Source: Verrucomicrobiaceae bacterium (GTDB taxonomy: Bacteria > Verrucomicrobiota > Verrucomicrobiia > Verrucomicrobiales > Akkermansiaceae). Taken from it: DNA of 64,000 nucleotides. Below are positions 31,685-42,428 of the stretch, piece after piece. The notes beneath the pieces are model-generated. The model had not been told where the DNA came from. It searched no databases and saw nothing but the letters and a program-made list of their open reading frames with translations. Both the position numbers and the translations under genes were made by a program. The DNA is taken from contig JBPOGH010000001.1 in the NCBI GenBank assembly GCA_051252135.1, positions 352,001 to 416,000 on the forward strand, in the 5' to 3' direction. Every line of letters starts with the position of its first letter. Within the stretch, counting starts at the first letter, position 1.

Positions 31685-33208
31685 CTATTCCCACTCGATA
31701 CTCGCGGGCGGCTTCGTGGAAATGTCGTACAAAACACGGTTAATCCCGGAAACCTCATTAAGGATATCCTGACTCGCCTCACGAAGGAGCTGCGCTGGCA
31801 AATCCACCCACTCGGCCGTCATGGCATCTTCACTAATCACGGCACGCAAATTTGTCGCCCATTCATAGCTCCGCTCATCCCCCTTGACCCCAACCGTTTT
31901 GACCGGAATCAGACCAGCATAGGCCTGCCAAACCTTGTCATACCATCCGTGCTCCTTGAGTTTGCCAATGAAAATGGCATCGCAATCACGGATGATCGCC
32001 AGACGGTGACGATCTACCGCACCAGGGCAACGGACCGAAAGCCCGGGGCCGGGGAATGGGTGCCGGTTAAGAATATCCTTCGCGATCCCAAGGGATGCTC
32101 CCAACTCACGGACTTCGTCCTTAAACAGCTCCGCCAAAGGCTCCAAAACTTTCCCTTCTGCTTGCAGCTCGAGAATTTTCGGGACCCGGTTGTGGTGGGT
32201 CTTGATCACCGATGCCTTGGACTTGGCGTTTGACGCACTTTCGATCACATCCGGATAAAGAGTTCCCTGCGCCAACATCTGAGCGTCACCCACGGTATCC
32301 CAGAAGACTTTGATAAAGAGATTCCCAATGATTTTACGCTTCTCTTCCGGATCCTCTTTCCCTGCCAAGGCATCAAGAAACTCATCCGACGCATCGATCG
32401 TTTCGATCTCAACTCCCATGCGATGGAAGTTGTTCTGCACCTCAACCGCTTCATTTTTCCTCAGCAATCCGTTGTCGACAAAAATAGCCCGCACCTTCAC
32501 CCCCGCCTCTTTGAGCAGAACGGCCAAAACCGTTGAATCAACTCCCCCACTCACTCCGCAAACAACCTGCCGGTCACCGACCCGCTCGCGGATTCCGTCG
32601 ATCATCTCGCGCTTAAAATCCTCAATATGAAACGGCTGAAGCTCCTTTGCCTGAAGCAGGAAATTATGGAGGATCCGAAGCCCCTCGTGGCTATGGGTCA
32701 CTTCAGGGTGAAACTGAATCCCATAGAAATTTCCAGGCCACTTCAGACTCACCGGTGTGCCATGCTGATTGGTCGCGATCACCTCCACATCGGCATGCAA
32801 ATCTTGCACGGTATCGGAATGACTCATCCACACTTGGGACTCGGTCGAAATTCCCTCGTAAAGATCATCGTGTGAAACCGGCTTGAGCATCGCGGGACCA
32901 TATTCCCGCTTGTTACTGGCTTTTACGCTGCCCCCAAACTTGATGTTGAGCAACTGCATCCCATAGCACACTCCGAGCACCGGAACGCCAAATGACCTCA
33001 ATTTTTCAAAATCGATGTCCGGAGCATCGGGCTCGCTGGTACTCTTTGGACCTCCGGAAAGAATCACCGCTCCGGGCGATCCGATCTCTTCAATCTCCTC
33101 GGGTGAATAAAGCTTCGCAAAAAAGCCCAGTTCGCGAACGCGACGGACAATGAGCTGGGTATACTGGGAGCCGAAATCGAGAACGGCAACGTGATTGGTC
33201 TCTTGCAT
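31685..33208 (-). CDS. guaA: GMP synthase (glutamine-hydrolysing)
   Basis: DFGSQY, GVCYGMQ, QFHPEV, SGGVDS, HPFPGPGL and KPPASIEWE motifs. Confidence 0.98.
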   Translation of the reverse strand: MQETNHVAVLDFGSQYTQLIVRRVRELGFFAKLYSPEEIEEIGSPGAVILSGGPKSTSEPDAPDIDFEKLRSFGVPVLGVCYGMQLLNIKFGGSVKASNKREYGPAMLKPVSHDDLYEGISTESQVWMSHSDTVQDLHADVEVIATNQHGTPVSLKWPGNFYGIQFHPEVTHSHEGLRILHNFLLQAKELQPFHIEDFKREMIDGIRERVGDRQVVCGVSGGVDSTVLAVLLKEAGVKVRAIFVDNGLLRKNEAVEVQNNFHRMGVEIETIDASDEFLDALAGKEDPEEKRKIIGNLFIKVFWDTVGDAQMLAQGTLYPDVIESASNAKSKASVIKTHHNRVPKILELQAEGKVLEPLAELFKDEVRELGASLGIAKDILNRHPFPGPGLSVRCPGAVDRHRLAIIRDCDAIFIGKLKEHGWYDKVWQAYAGLIPVKTVGVKGDERSYEWATNLRAVISEDAMTAEWVDLPAQLLREASQDILNEVSGINRVLYDISTKPPASIEWE

Positions 33209-33219
33209 GTTACTAAAAA

Positions 33220-34674
33220 TTAGCTGGCAGGCTGGTAATTGGTAGGCTCCTCGGTGATCGTGACATCATGGGCGTGGCTTTCACGCAAACCCCCGGCTGT
33301 GATCCGGACAAACTCCGCTTTTTCCCGCAACTCCTGAAGATTGCGGGCCCCCACATAACCCATTCCCGAGCGGAGACCGCCCATCAGCTGGAAAACAACA
33401 TCGGCCAGTGGCCCCTTGTAAGGCACCCGGCCCTCAACCCCCTCTGCCACCAACTTGCCACTCGAATTCTGACCGTACCGATCGCCCGCCCCCTTGCGCA
33501 TCGCTCCGATTGAACCCATCCCCCGGTAAGTCTTAAAACGACGACCTTGGGAGTGAACTGTCTGTCCGGGACTCTCGCGGGTTCCTGCAAGAAGCGACCC
33601 CAACATCACCAGATCGGCTCCGGCCGCGAGAGCTTTCGTAATGTCACCCGAATAGCGAATCCCACCATCGGCAATAACCTTCACCCCATATTGGTGCGCA
33701 TAATCGGCAACATTCCGAACAGCTGTAAATTGCGGCATCCCCACCCCGGAAATCACTCTCGTCGTGCAAATCGATCCCGGCCCAACCCCTACCTTCAAGG
33801 CACTTGCCCCTGCGTTGATCAAATCCTTTGCTCCAGCAGCAGTCACCACATTTCCCGCAATAACCGGGCGGTCACTAAGCCCGCGCAATGCTTCAATCAC
33901 TTCCATCACTCTCGTGGTGTGACCCGTTGCCGCATCGATGAAAAGCGCATCGGCTCCCGCCTCAATCAACGCCTGGGCCCGCTCAAGAAATTCCGGCCCC
34001 GGACCAACGGCTGCCCCGCACCTCAACTGACCGTTGGGATCTTTCGCAGCATTCGTAAAGGTGATCCTCTTCTCAATGTCGGCACCGGTAATCAATCCCG
34101 CCAGCGTCCCGTCGGCATTTACCAGAGGCAGTTTTTCAATACGATTTTCATAGAGAATTTGGCGGGCCTCCTCCTGTCGCATCGATGGTTCCGCTGTAAC
34201 AAGCTTCTCAATTGGGGTCATCACCTCGCCCACCAATGCGTCCGCACTGGGAACATGACGCAAGTCCCGCCCGGTCACCATTCCCTCCAGTTTTCCGTTG
34301 GCATCCACCACGGGAAAACCTGAAAACCCTTCAAATTCCATAATCTCCCGAACTTCCGCCACCGTGTGCCCGCGGCTGACTGTCTTCGGCTTATGGATGA
34401 CTGCATTCTCCGAACGTTTCACCTTGGCCACCATGGCAGCCTGCTCCTCGATCGGACAGGCGCGGTGAATCACTCCAATACCACCTTCACGGGCCAGCGC
34501 CATCGCCAACTCCGATTCAGACACCGTATCCATTGCGGCTGAAATCACCGGAATGTTGAGTGGAATATCATCCGTCAACTGAGTCCGCACATCGGATTCC
34601 GAAGGGAGAATTTCACTCAGACCGGGCGTCAGAAGGATGTCGTCAAAAGAAAGGGCTAAAGGGGTTTCCGCCAT
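33220..34674 (-). CDS. guaB: IMP dehydrogenase
   Basis: SAAMDTV, CBS pair, [13 protein letters not shown] and YRGMGS motifs. Confidence 0.98.
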   Translation of the reverse strand: MAETPLALSFDDILLTPGLSEILPSESDVRTQLTDDIPLNIPVISAAMDTVSESELAMALAREGGIGVIHRACPIEEQAAMVAKVKRSENAVIHKPKTVSRGHTVAEVREIMEFEGFSGFPVVDANGKLEGMVTGRDLRHVPSADALVGEVMTPIEKLVTAEPSMRQEEARQILYENRIEKLPLVNADGTLAGLITGADIEKRITFTNAAKDPNGQLRCGAAVGPGPEFLERAQALIEAGADALFIDAATGHTTRVMEVIEALRGLSDRPVIAGNVVTAAGAKDLINAGASALKVGVGPGSICTTRVISGVGMPQFTAVRNVADYAHQYGVKVIADGGIRYSGDITKALAAGADLVMLGSLLAGTRESPGQTVHSQGRRFKTYRGMGSIGAMRKGAGDRYGQNSSGKLVAEGVEGRVPYKGPLADVVFQLMGGLRSGMGYVGARNLQELREKAEFVRITAGGLRESHAHDVTITEEPTNYQPAS

Positions 34675-34842
34675 GAGCGAGTCAATGGAAACCGAACATC
34701 AAAATCAAGCGCGATTCCCGATTCGGAGGTAAAAACTATTAACATCCTCCGAAATCACCCTACAGACACAGGCACCAATCTAAAAAGCAACGAACTCCAT
34801 TGCTCATTCCGGCATATCTGTCGGTCTCCCGGTCTCTCGCAA

Positions 34843-35223
34843 CTAGTCTAAAAAGACAATCTTCCCCGGAGTCCCCTTCGCCTCGGCATCTGCACGGGCC
34901 TGGGCCTCGTGCTGCTCCGGAGAGCACGATGAATCAATCGGTGCGTCGGGAGCTACTTCATTCGCCTCGACCAAGCCTTTGGAAAGCAAGTAAGCCTCCA
35001 CCTCTTCACCGCTCACATCCGGCAGCATTTCACCATTAATTTCCACACAAGGACTCAAGGGCTGGCCGGTCTTTTGCTCCATCTCCCACCGAAAAGCGGG
35101 ATTCTTGATGATATCCTTCTCATTAAACTCGAGACTGTACTTCCGCATGATCGCACGGACACCTTCGCTCCAGCCGCAAAAGGTTTTCAAATACGCCGTA
35201 ATTTGTGGTGATTCGTTGCTCAT
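34843..35223 (-). CDS. Monothiol glutaredoxin-like protein
   Basis: CGWS active site and cis-Pro SPCVEING motif. Confidence 0.85.
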   Translation of the reverse strand: MSNESPQITAYLKTFCGWSEGVRAIMRKYSLEFNEKDIIKNPAFRWEMEQKTGQPLSPCVEINGEMLPDVSGEEVEAYLLSKGLVEANEVAPDAPIDSSCSPEQHEAQARADAEAKGTPGKIVFLD

Positions 35224-35294
35224 GGCGGCAAGATAGGACCAACCCGCGATTTCTCAAGTTTTCTCAACCCCCGATTTAAGATAAACCTTTTGTG

Positions 35295-35930
35295 ATGAAT
35301 CTTCGCGTCGTCTTAAATTTTGCCCTCACCGCCGACGGAAAAATTTCTACGCGTCAATCCTCACCCGCCCGATTCACCTCAAAACACGATCTCGACCGAC
35401 TCCACAGCCACCGCCAGGCCGCTGATGCCATCCTGGTCGGCCGGGGCACTCTGGAAGCCGATCAAATGTCCCTGACCACCCACGGCCAACACCAGCCCCT
35501 GCGCTGCGTAGTTTCAAAATCAGGGGATTTTGACTTCACTCACAAACTCTTCCACTCACCCGGAGGAGATATTCACCTCATCAATACCGGCGCTAATCAG
35601 ATCGAACACGATTCGGCTACCATCCACCACTGCTCCCTCTCAACCTGGTTGAACTGGCTTGATCGGCAACCCGGGATCAACACCCTCCTTTGCGAGGGCG
35701 GAGGCACACTGGCATCCCACCTCTTCGCTCTCAACCACGTCGATGAGATAAACATCACCATCGCCACCCATACCGTTTTTGGAGGCCACGAGGCCCCCAC
35801 TCTGACCGGAAAACTGACCGGCTTCCTTCCAAAAAGTCGTCATTTTGACCTTCAAACGATTGAGCCCGGGGCCCACGGCGAATTTTTTCTTCACTATCTG
35901 AGAAGAGAAGGGGCTTCCCATTGTATGTAA
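35295..35930 (+). CDS. RibD C-terminal (dihydrofolate reductase-fold) family protein
   Basis: ALTADGKI, DAILVGRGT, LLCEGGG and VDEI motifs. Confidence 0.85.
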   Translation: MNLRVVLNFALTADGKISTRQSSPARFTSKHDLDRLHSHRQAADAILVGRGTLEADQMSLTTHGQHQPLRCVVSKSGDFDFTHKLFHSPGGDIHLINTGANQIEHDSATIHHCSLSTWLNWLDRQPGINTLLCEGGGTLASHLFALNHVDEINITIATHTVFGGHEAPTLTGKLTGFLPKSRHFDLQTIEPGAHGEFFLHYLRREGASHCM

Positions 35931-35953
35931 GGAATGTTAGATATCTCGAAGTG

Positions 35954-36205
35954 ATGAATAAACAAACCATCATGACCTTTCCGTGTCCCTCTTGCCAAAA
36001 GGTTGTCAGCCTCACCGGAAGTCAGGCCGTTGGGCCCTGTCCTTATTGCCACAGCGAGATTCAGGCCACTTTCACGGTCAACGTGATTGACAGCGATCCC
36101 GGCCACAATGGACCTCTGGAAAAAGGCTACGATGCCCGCTGTTTCCGCCCCGATGCACGCCATCAGGGAGACGGCTGGAGATCTCGCACACCGGCAGCTC
36201 GCTGA
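35954..36205 (+). CDS. Small zinc-ribbon hypothetical protein
   Basis: CPSC-x14-CPYC; fills the gap between the RibD-like gene and topB. Confidence 0.6.
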   Translation: MNKQTIMTFPCPSCQKVVSLTGSQAVGPCPYCHSEIQATFTVNVIDSDPGHNGPLEKGYDARCFRPDARHQGDGWRSRTPAAR

Positions 36206-36256
36206 GGGGTCCAAATTGCTTCTCGAAAAGATTTCCCTTTTCATGAGGCAAAAGCG

Positions 36257-38815
36257 ATGCCTAAGTCCGCCCCCGTGTCCAAGACTCTGATCATCGCCGA
36301 GAAACCTTCTGTCGCCACAGATCTCTCCAAAGCTCTCGCCAAATCGTTGGGTAAATTCGAAAAGAAGGGAAAGTCTCGCGACTCCCAGTATTTCGAAAAT
36401 GACAACGCCATGATCACTTCCGCAGTCGGTCATCTGGTCGAACTTAAAATGCCCACCGGCCCCAACGGAAAAAACCTTCCTTGGAAATTCGACGTCCTTC
36501 CGGCCATTCCACAAACCTTCGAGCTCCAACCGATTGAACAATCAGAAGGACGTCTCAAGCACGTCCTCAAGCTCGCCCGCTCCAAGCAGGTCTCCGAAAT
36601 CGTGAACGCTTGTGACGCCGGCCGTGAAGGTGAACTCATTTTCCAGTACATCATGGATATTGGGAAGATTGACAAGCCGGTTAAGCGCCTTTGGATGCAA
36701 TCGATGACCACCAACGCCATTCAAGAGGCTTGGGACCATCTTCGCGAAGGAGCCGAAATGTCCAATCTGTCCGATGCCGCCAAGTGCCGATCCGAATCAG
36801 ACTGGCTCGTTGGCCTCAACTCCACCCGCGCTCTCACTTGCTTCCGCTCGCGTCACGGTGGCTTCAATATCACCGCCGCCGGCCGCGTCCAAACCCCCAC
36901 CCTCGCCATTCTCGCAAGACGCGAACGCGAAATCCAGGCGTTCAAAGCCACTCCTTACGCCGAGGTTCACGGAACTTTCGGTGTCGCAGCCGGCGAATAT
37001 GAATCCCGCTGGGTCGACCTCAACTTCAAGAAGGACGAAAACAACCCCCACGGCCGCGCCGAGCGCATTTGGGACAAAGAACGGGCCAAGCTGATCACCG
37101 GACGCTGCCAGGGAAAGACCGGCATCGTCACCGAAGTCAAAAAACCCACTAAACAGATCGCCCCCCAACTTTACGATCTCACCACTCTCCAGCGTGAAGC
37201 CCCCTTCACCGCAAAAAACACTCTCGGTCTCGCCCAAACCCTCTACGAGCGTCACAAGATGCTCACCTACCCTCGAACCGACTCCCGTTACCTCCCCGAG
37301 GACTACCTCGCTAACGTCAAATCGGTCGTCGCTGATCTCGCCAAATCCTCTTCCGATCTCGCCCACTGGGCAAAGGACGCCATCGATAACGACCGCATCC
37401 AATTCCAAAAACGAATCTTCAACAACGCCAAGGTCTCCGATCACTTCGCCATCATCCCCACTGGCCGTGTCGTAAAACTCAATGACGCCGAAGCGAAACT
37501 TTATGACATGGTCGTGAAGCGCTTCCTCGCCGTATTCTTCCCTCACGCCGAGTTCGAAGTCACCAAGCGCCTGACAACCATCGATCACGGCTCGGAAAAG
37601 GACACCTTCCGCACCGATGGCAAGATTCTCGTCACCCCGGGCTACCTCGCAGTCTACGGACGCAAGCCCGGCGTCGGCGCCGGAAAAGACGAACTTTGTG
37701 TCGTTCAGGAAGGAGAGGACGCCAAGGCAATTGAGATCACCTTGGAGGAGAAGGAAACCAATCCTCCCGCCCGCTACACGGAATCCACCCTCCTTTCAGC
37801 CATGGAAGGAGCCGGAAAACTGGTCGACGACGACAAACTTCGTGAAGCAATGGCTGAGCGCGGTCTCGGAACTCCCGCAACTCGGGCCGCCACAATCGAA
37901 GGTCTCATTCGCCAGAAATACATCACCCGGGACGGCCGTGAACTCATCGCCACCGGTAAGGGCGTCCGACTCATCGACCTTTTGGAGGAAATGGACATCA
38001 AGCCCCTCACCTCGCCCTCCATGACCGGCGATTGGGAGGCCAAACTCCGCCGCATGGAACACGGAGAGCTGGATCGTGCCACTTTCATGGCCGAGATCGC
38101 CAAATTCACCGAGGACGCTGTTGGAAAGGCCCGCTCCCACTATGAGGAGATCATCAGCAAACCATTTCCTGACCTTAAGTGCATCTGCCCCAATTGCGGA
38201 GCGCCTGAGCTCAAGCAAACCGATGCCACTTATGAGTGTCGTGAAGCCGAATGCACCTTCCGCATTTCAAAATACATCGCCGGCCGGCACCTCACCGAAG
38301 AGGAAGCCAAAACACTCTTCACCACAAAGTTCCTTGAGGAACGGGAAGGCTTCGTCTCCCGCTTCAACAGACCCTTCAGCGCCGCCCTGGAACTGACCCA
38401 ACAAGTTTCTAAAACCGGCAAAAAAGGAAAGTGGAAAACCAACTTCGTATTCGACGCTGACCTCGAATCCGCCGAAGACCTCACCGAAGACCAACTCCTC
38501 AAGGAAGTCACTCTTCCCAACGGCAAACAGGTGAAACTCTACGAGACCGAGAAGGCCTTTATGGTCCCGGATTTGGTAACCAAAGACAATCCCGATGGAT
38601 TCCGTCTGGGTAAGACCATCCTGCAAAAAGAGCTGAACGCCACCGATGTGGAAGCACTCTTTACCACCGGCAAGACCGCACTCCTGCCCGGCTTTATCTC
38701 CAAGAGAACAAAACGCGCCTTTGCCGCCCATCTCACCTTGGACGTCGAAACCGGAAAAATTGGCTTCGAGTTTGCCCCTCGCAAAAAGGCCGCCAAGAAA
38801 AAGAGCGCTTCCTAG
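36257..38815 (+). CDS. topB: DNA topoisomerase III (type IA) with C-terminal repeats
   Basis: [23 protein letters not shown], catalytic TYPRTD and GLGTPATRA motifs; C-terminal GF-S repeats. Confidence 0.92.
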   Translation: MPKSAPVSKTLIIAEKPSVATDLSKALAKSLGKFEKKGKSRDSQYFENDNAMITSAVGHLVELKMPTGPNGKNLPWKFDVLPAIPQTFELQPIEQSEGRLKHVLKLARSKQVSEIVNACDAGREGELIFQYIMDIGKIDKPVKRLWMQSMTTNAIQEAWDHLREGAEMSNLSDAAKCRSESDWLVGLNSTRALTCFRSRHGGFNITAAGRVQTPTLAILARREREIQAFKATPYAEVHGTFGVAAGEYESRWVDLNFKKDENNPHGRAERIWDKERAKLITGRCQGKTGIVTEVKKPTKQIAPQLYDLTTLQREAPFTAKNTLGLAQTLYERHKMLTYPRTDSRYLPEDYLANVKSVVADLAKSSSDLAHWAKDAIDNDRIQFQKRIFNNAKVSDHFAIIPTGRVVKLNDAEAKLYDMVVKRFLAVFFPHAEFEVTKRLTTIDHGSEKDTFRTDGKILVTPGYLAVYGRKPGVGAGKDELCVVQEGEDAKAIEITLEEKETNPPARYTESTLLSAMEGAGKLVDDDKLREAMAERGLGTPATRAATIEGLIRQKYITRDGRELIATGKGVRLIDLLEEMDIKPLTSPSMTGDWEAKLRRMEHGELDRATFMAEIAKFTEDAVGKARSHYEEIISKPFPDLKCICPNCGAPELKQTDATYECREAECTFRISKYIAGRHLTEEEAKTLFTTKFLEEREGFVSRFNRPFSAALELTQQVSKTGKKGKWKTNFVFDADLESAEDLTEDQLLKEVTLPNGKQVKLYETEKAFMVPDLVTKDNPDGFRLGKTILQKELNATDVEALFTTGKTALLPGFISKRTKRAFAAHLTLDVETGKIGFEFAPRKKAAKKKSAS

Positions 38816-38988
38816 AAAGCGAATCCTCGGCCCAAATCAACGCCCCCCCGCGGGGAGCTTTGCGGCTTCCCTACCGCAAGAGGTGAGGCTGCCTTCTGGC
38901 GCTCAATCGAAGAACAGAATCCACTGTTTTTACGGTCACGCTTTTTGCCGAAAAATGATACGTAATCAACTCGCCTGAAAAGTGTAAA

Positions 38989-40293
38989 CTAGATGGAATC
39001 GCGCGTATCCAGATAGCAATTTGCCAACGCTACTGGAAACGCCTGAGCCGTCTCATCAATTGTCACAATCCCTTCCTCCCGGAGCCTCGCCAGGGCTCGC
39101 TCCCTCTCGGCCCGATAATCCATCGCCGCCAAATACCCCAGGGAATCATCAAAAGTTTGAACCTCTTCGTTGACCATCTCGTCGATCCCCTCTTCCCGCA
39201 GGCTTGCAAGAACGACCGGATGTTTTTGGCGCAGTTTTCGTAAAGGTAGCGTCAACTCGGAGCTGTCTTCCCCGCGCAAGTTCGTCAAAATCACCACCAG
39301 CGCCCGTCGCTGCTGGTGTCTCAAAAGGCGCTCTGCCGCCTCGTTAAAGTCACTTGGGAATGGCGCTGTCTCATAGTCATACAGATGGTTCAGCACCGTC
39401 GTCATCGAATGCTGCCCTTTCACCGGCGGCAACCAGCGGTCCGTCCCGCCAAAGCTTAAAATACCCACATGATCCCCCTGCCGTAGTGCGATGTAACTCA
39501 GCAAAAGGGAGGAATTCAAACAATGGTCAAACTGGCTAATCTCACCGTCCAAGGTCCTCATGCGGCGCCCGCAGTCAATCATGAGAATCACCGATTGATC
39601 GCGCTGCTCCTGGAAGTCGCGACTAATCAACGACTGTCGTTTGGATGACGCTTTCCAATCAATTTGAGCCATCGAGTCCCCCATCTGGTAATCCCGCAGC
39701 TGGTGAAATTCCCGGCTCAACCCCGGACGATTCTTGCGAACAATTCCGCTCTGGTCCTGACGATGGGCCATTGCCAGCAGCGCATAACTAAGCACCGGCT
39801 GATAGTTGGGATAAACCTTTGTCGATCCTTCCTCACCCACCTGACAGGCTCGATTCCAAAGTCCGAGGAGAGATGTCACCAGGAGATGCGTCCGTTCAAA
39901 TCGCTGCTCTCCCCGCTCATGCAATGCAACAGGGTAACTCACATCGACATATCCCTTTTTTCCAATCCATCCCCGCCACGGAAGCTGCTGGCAGTCGCTC
40001 CGCTCCGGCACACCATCAAACATCGCCACATAAAGGGCTCGTCCACTGCGATTGAAAATTCGGACTTTCACCTCCCCCTCTATGCCCACCGCAAAACGGC
40101 CGGGAAGCTCCCGGACTGAATCAGCCTTCCGCCCCACCAGAACCAGGAGAGCATCAAAAAGAGAAACTCCTCCCAGAATAAATCCAGCCGTCTTCCACGC
40201 CGCTAGCCCCGGTGGCCACAGCACTACGGCCACTCCCATCAAGGTCCACAAACCAAGAATCCATATCAGCCATCTGGAAGGACGTAAACGCAT
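38989..40293 (-). CDS. DUF58 domain (VWA-like) membrane-anchored protein
   Basis: EFHQLRDYQ-GD---IDWKAS and D-GRRM motifs; two N-terminal TM helices. Confidence 0.9.
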   Translation of the reverse strand: MRLRPSRWLIWILGLWTLMGVAVVLWPPGLAAWKTAGFILGGVSLFDALLVLVGRKADSVRELPGRFAVGIEGEVKVRIFNRSGRALYVAMFDGVPERSDCQQLPWRGWIGKKGYVDVSYPVALHERGEQRFERTHLLVTSLLGLWNRACQVGEEGSTKVYPNYQPVLSYALLAMAHRQDQSGIVRKNRPGLSREFHQLRDYQMGDSMAQIDWKASSKRQSLISRDFQEQRDQSVILMIDCGRRMRTLDGEISQFDHCLNSSLLLSYIALRQGDHVGILSFGGTDRWLPPVKGQHSMTTVLNHLYDYETAPFPSDFNEAAERLLRHQQRRALVVILTNLRGEDSSELTLPLRKLRQKHPVVLASLREEGIDEMVNEEVQTFDDSLGYLAAMDYRAERERALARLREEGIVTIDETAQAFPVALANCYLDTRDSI

Positions 40294-40296
40294 CGA

Positions 40297-41295
40297 TTAA
40301 GTCCGTGGTGCCTCAACACTCTCAATCACCTTCCTTAGCAGATCATCAATATCCTGACCCGTAATGGCCACCTCCGGCGTCACTTGAACCCGATGACGAA
40401 ACACCGGAAGTGCCGCCATCTTGATATCATCCGGAATCACAAAGTCCCGACCTGCAATCGCAGCGTAGGCCTTCGACAACTGAACCAGGCTGATCGCCCC
40501 CCGGGTTCCCGCTCCCAGGCTCAGACCCGGTGCCTCCCGTGTATGCCTCGTCAGGCGCAAGGCATAATCAATCACCTCATCAACAATTCGGATTTCTGCC
40601 GTCAGCCGCTGCGCTTCAATGATGGTAGCGGCATCACACACCTGCTGAACCTGCCTCGGATCGGCCCCTCTGCCCTTCGCTCTTGAGGTAACCTCCGTCA
40701 CCACCTTCCGCTCATCCTCCATCGTTGGATAATCAATAATCACCTTCACCAGAAAGCGATCCAATTGCGCTTCAGGCAACGGATAGGTCCCCTCCTGTTC
40801 AATCGGATTCTGGGTCGCAAAACACATAAAGGGCGGGGCCACCGGAAGGGTCTCACCATCAATGGTCACCTGCTCCTCCTGCATCACTTCCAGCAGCGCG
40901 GCTTGCGATTTTGCCGGAGCCCGATTGATCTCATCAGCCAACAATAGGTTTGTAAAAACCGGCCCCTTGCGGGTCTGAAAAGTCTGACTTTTCATATCGA
41001 ACAGGGTGAATCCGGTAATATCAGAGGGCATCAGATCCGGAGTGAATTGAATCCGTCCAAATTCTCCGCCGAAGGTGCTCGCCAGAGCCAACACCATGTG
41101 GGTCTTCCCCAAACCGGGCTTTCCCTCCAAGAGAACGTGACCTCCGGCCAACAAGGCCGCGACAATTTGGGTAACGGTATCGGATTGACCAAAAACAACC
41201 CTCGAGATTTCCCCGCGAAGTTGATTCGCAAGATCAGTCACTTGGGAAAGGTTGGGTGCAGCAGGCTGCTCGGGCGGAGTATCATATTCTGTCAT
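40297..41295 (-). CDS. MoxR family AAA+ ATPase
   Basis: GKPGLGKT, RIQFTPDLMPSD, DEINRAPAK and ATQNPIEQEGTYPLPEAQLDRF motifs. Confidence 0.96.
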   Translation of the reverse strand: MTEYDTPPEQPAAPNLSQVTDLANQLRGEISRVVFGQSDTVTQIVAALLAGGHVLLEGKPGLGKTHMVLALASTFGGEFGRIQFTPDLMPSDITGFTLFDMKSQTFQTRKGPVFTNLLLADEINRAPAKSQAALLEVMQEEQVTIDGETLPVAPPFMCFATQNPIEQEGTYPLPEAQLDRFLVKVIIDYPTMEDERKVVTEVTSRAKGRGADPRQVQQVCDAATIIEAQRLTAEIRIVDEVIDYALRLTRHTREAPGLSLGAGTRGAISLVQLSKAYAAIAGRDFVIPDDIKMAALPVFRHRVQVTPEVAITGQDIDDLLRKVIESVEAPRT

Positions 41296-42428
41296 CGTTT
41301 CCTGAGGAGTTGGAGATTTCGCACCACTCGGGTGATGGCGCCTGGGTCTTTGAAATTTTTTGAGTTGAGAGCCTCGAACACATCCTCCTGTCTCAAACCG
41401 CTTTCCTCTGCAAGTGAGAGATAAAGAGCTTCCGGAGGGCCTTGATGATCGCGCTCCAATTCCTCCCGCATGGGACGAACCAGATGCTCCAGCGCATTAC
41501 GCCGCCACAAGAAAACTGCCGCAGCTTTTAATCCCATCCCGTAGGGTTGGCGGATCGTAAAATCATCCTTAGCCACCGGGCCAAATCGCGGCACCCGCAT
41601 CCACAACCACGCCCCAAGCAGAATCATGCCCGATAAGACCACCTGCCACGCATGCTGCCAAATCAACTCGAAGAACGAGGTCCCGGAACCATACAGAAAC
41701 ACCACTTCTCCATCTCCATACCACTCGGCCACTTGCTCCAGAAAGGCCGCATGATCTTTCCTTCCGATATAAGCATTCCGAAACGGCCGGGCGTGACTCA
41801 GCACCATCAACATCCCATTTCCATAACCAGTCGTCACCATCCGGGAACTCCCATCAAGATCCCACTCTTCCCCATGCTCGGCGCTCAGACTGACAGGCCC
41901 CTGAAATTCGATCTCAAAATCGTATTCCTCTTCCCCGCTCACCACGCCGATCTCCGCAATATGCCAGGGCCGTGCAAGGTGCCCCTCTCCATCCCCTCCC
42001 ACTTCTTCGAATTCGTGAACTCCTCGCTCCACCCCCACCTCCTCAAGGAGATAGTCCAATCCCGGATACTCCTCTTCGACCCCATAGCTCCGTCCCGTAA
42101 ACTCATTCAATTCCGCCTCGCCACCCTCAAGCGTCAAAACCAACATCCCTCCTCCCTCAACCCAATCGAGGGCCCGCATCGCCACCCCTTTCGTCGAAAG
42201 GAATGACCCGGGCATGATGATCGTCGACGTATCATGATCAAAATCACTCCACACGCGTGAACTCCTCGCAGACTTCCCTGACTCATTCAGAAAGCGTTCG
42301 GCAGCCAGGTAGGGATTCACCCGCGCAGGCCCCTTATAACCCGTTGGAATCTCCCGCTCTTCCCATTCTCCCTTGTCGTTGTCACATCCTGACAAAAAAC
42401 ACACCAGCACTGCCATCAACCACCTCAC
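41292..42428 (-). CDS. DUF4350-type protein, possible lipoprotein
   Basis: GTG start overlaps the upstream stop (GTGA); LSGC lipobox-like; NPYLAAERFL; C-terminal TM and RFGP. Confidence 0.7.
   Translation of the reverse strand: MRWLMAVLVCFLSGCDNDKGEWEEREIPTGYKGPARVNPYLAAERFLNESGKSARSSRVWSDFDHDTSTIIMPGSFLSTKGVAMRALDWVEGGGMLVLTLEGGEAELNEFTGRSYGVEEEYPGLDYLLEEVGVERGVHEFEEVGGDGEGHLARPWHIAEIGVVSGEEEYDFEIEFQGPVSLSAEHGEEWDLDGSSRMVTTGYGNGMLMVLSHARPFRNAYIGRKDHAAFLEQVAEWYGDGEVVFLYGSGTSFFELIWQHAWQVVLSGMILLGAWLWMRVPRFGPVAKDDFTIRQPYGMGLKAAAVFLWRRNALEHLVRPMREELERDHQGPPEALYLSLAEESGLRQEDVFEALNSKNFKDPGAITRVVRNLQLLRKR

Noticed and set aside
34675..34842. Purine riboswitch upstream of guaB (TTCGGAGG/CCTCCGAA stem)
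   Set aside because: A single stem without the conserved purine-aptamer junction sequences.
38816..38988. ncRNA or repeat between convergent topB and DUF58 (TTGCGG/CCGCAA hairpin, CCCCGCGGGG)
   Set aside because: Short stems only, no second copy seen, and no recognisable RNA family.
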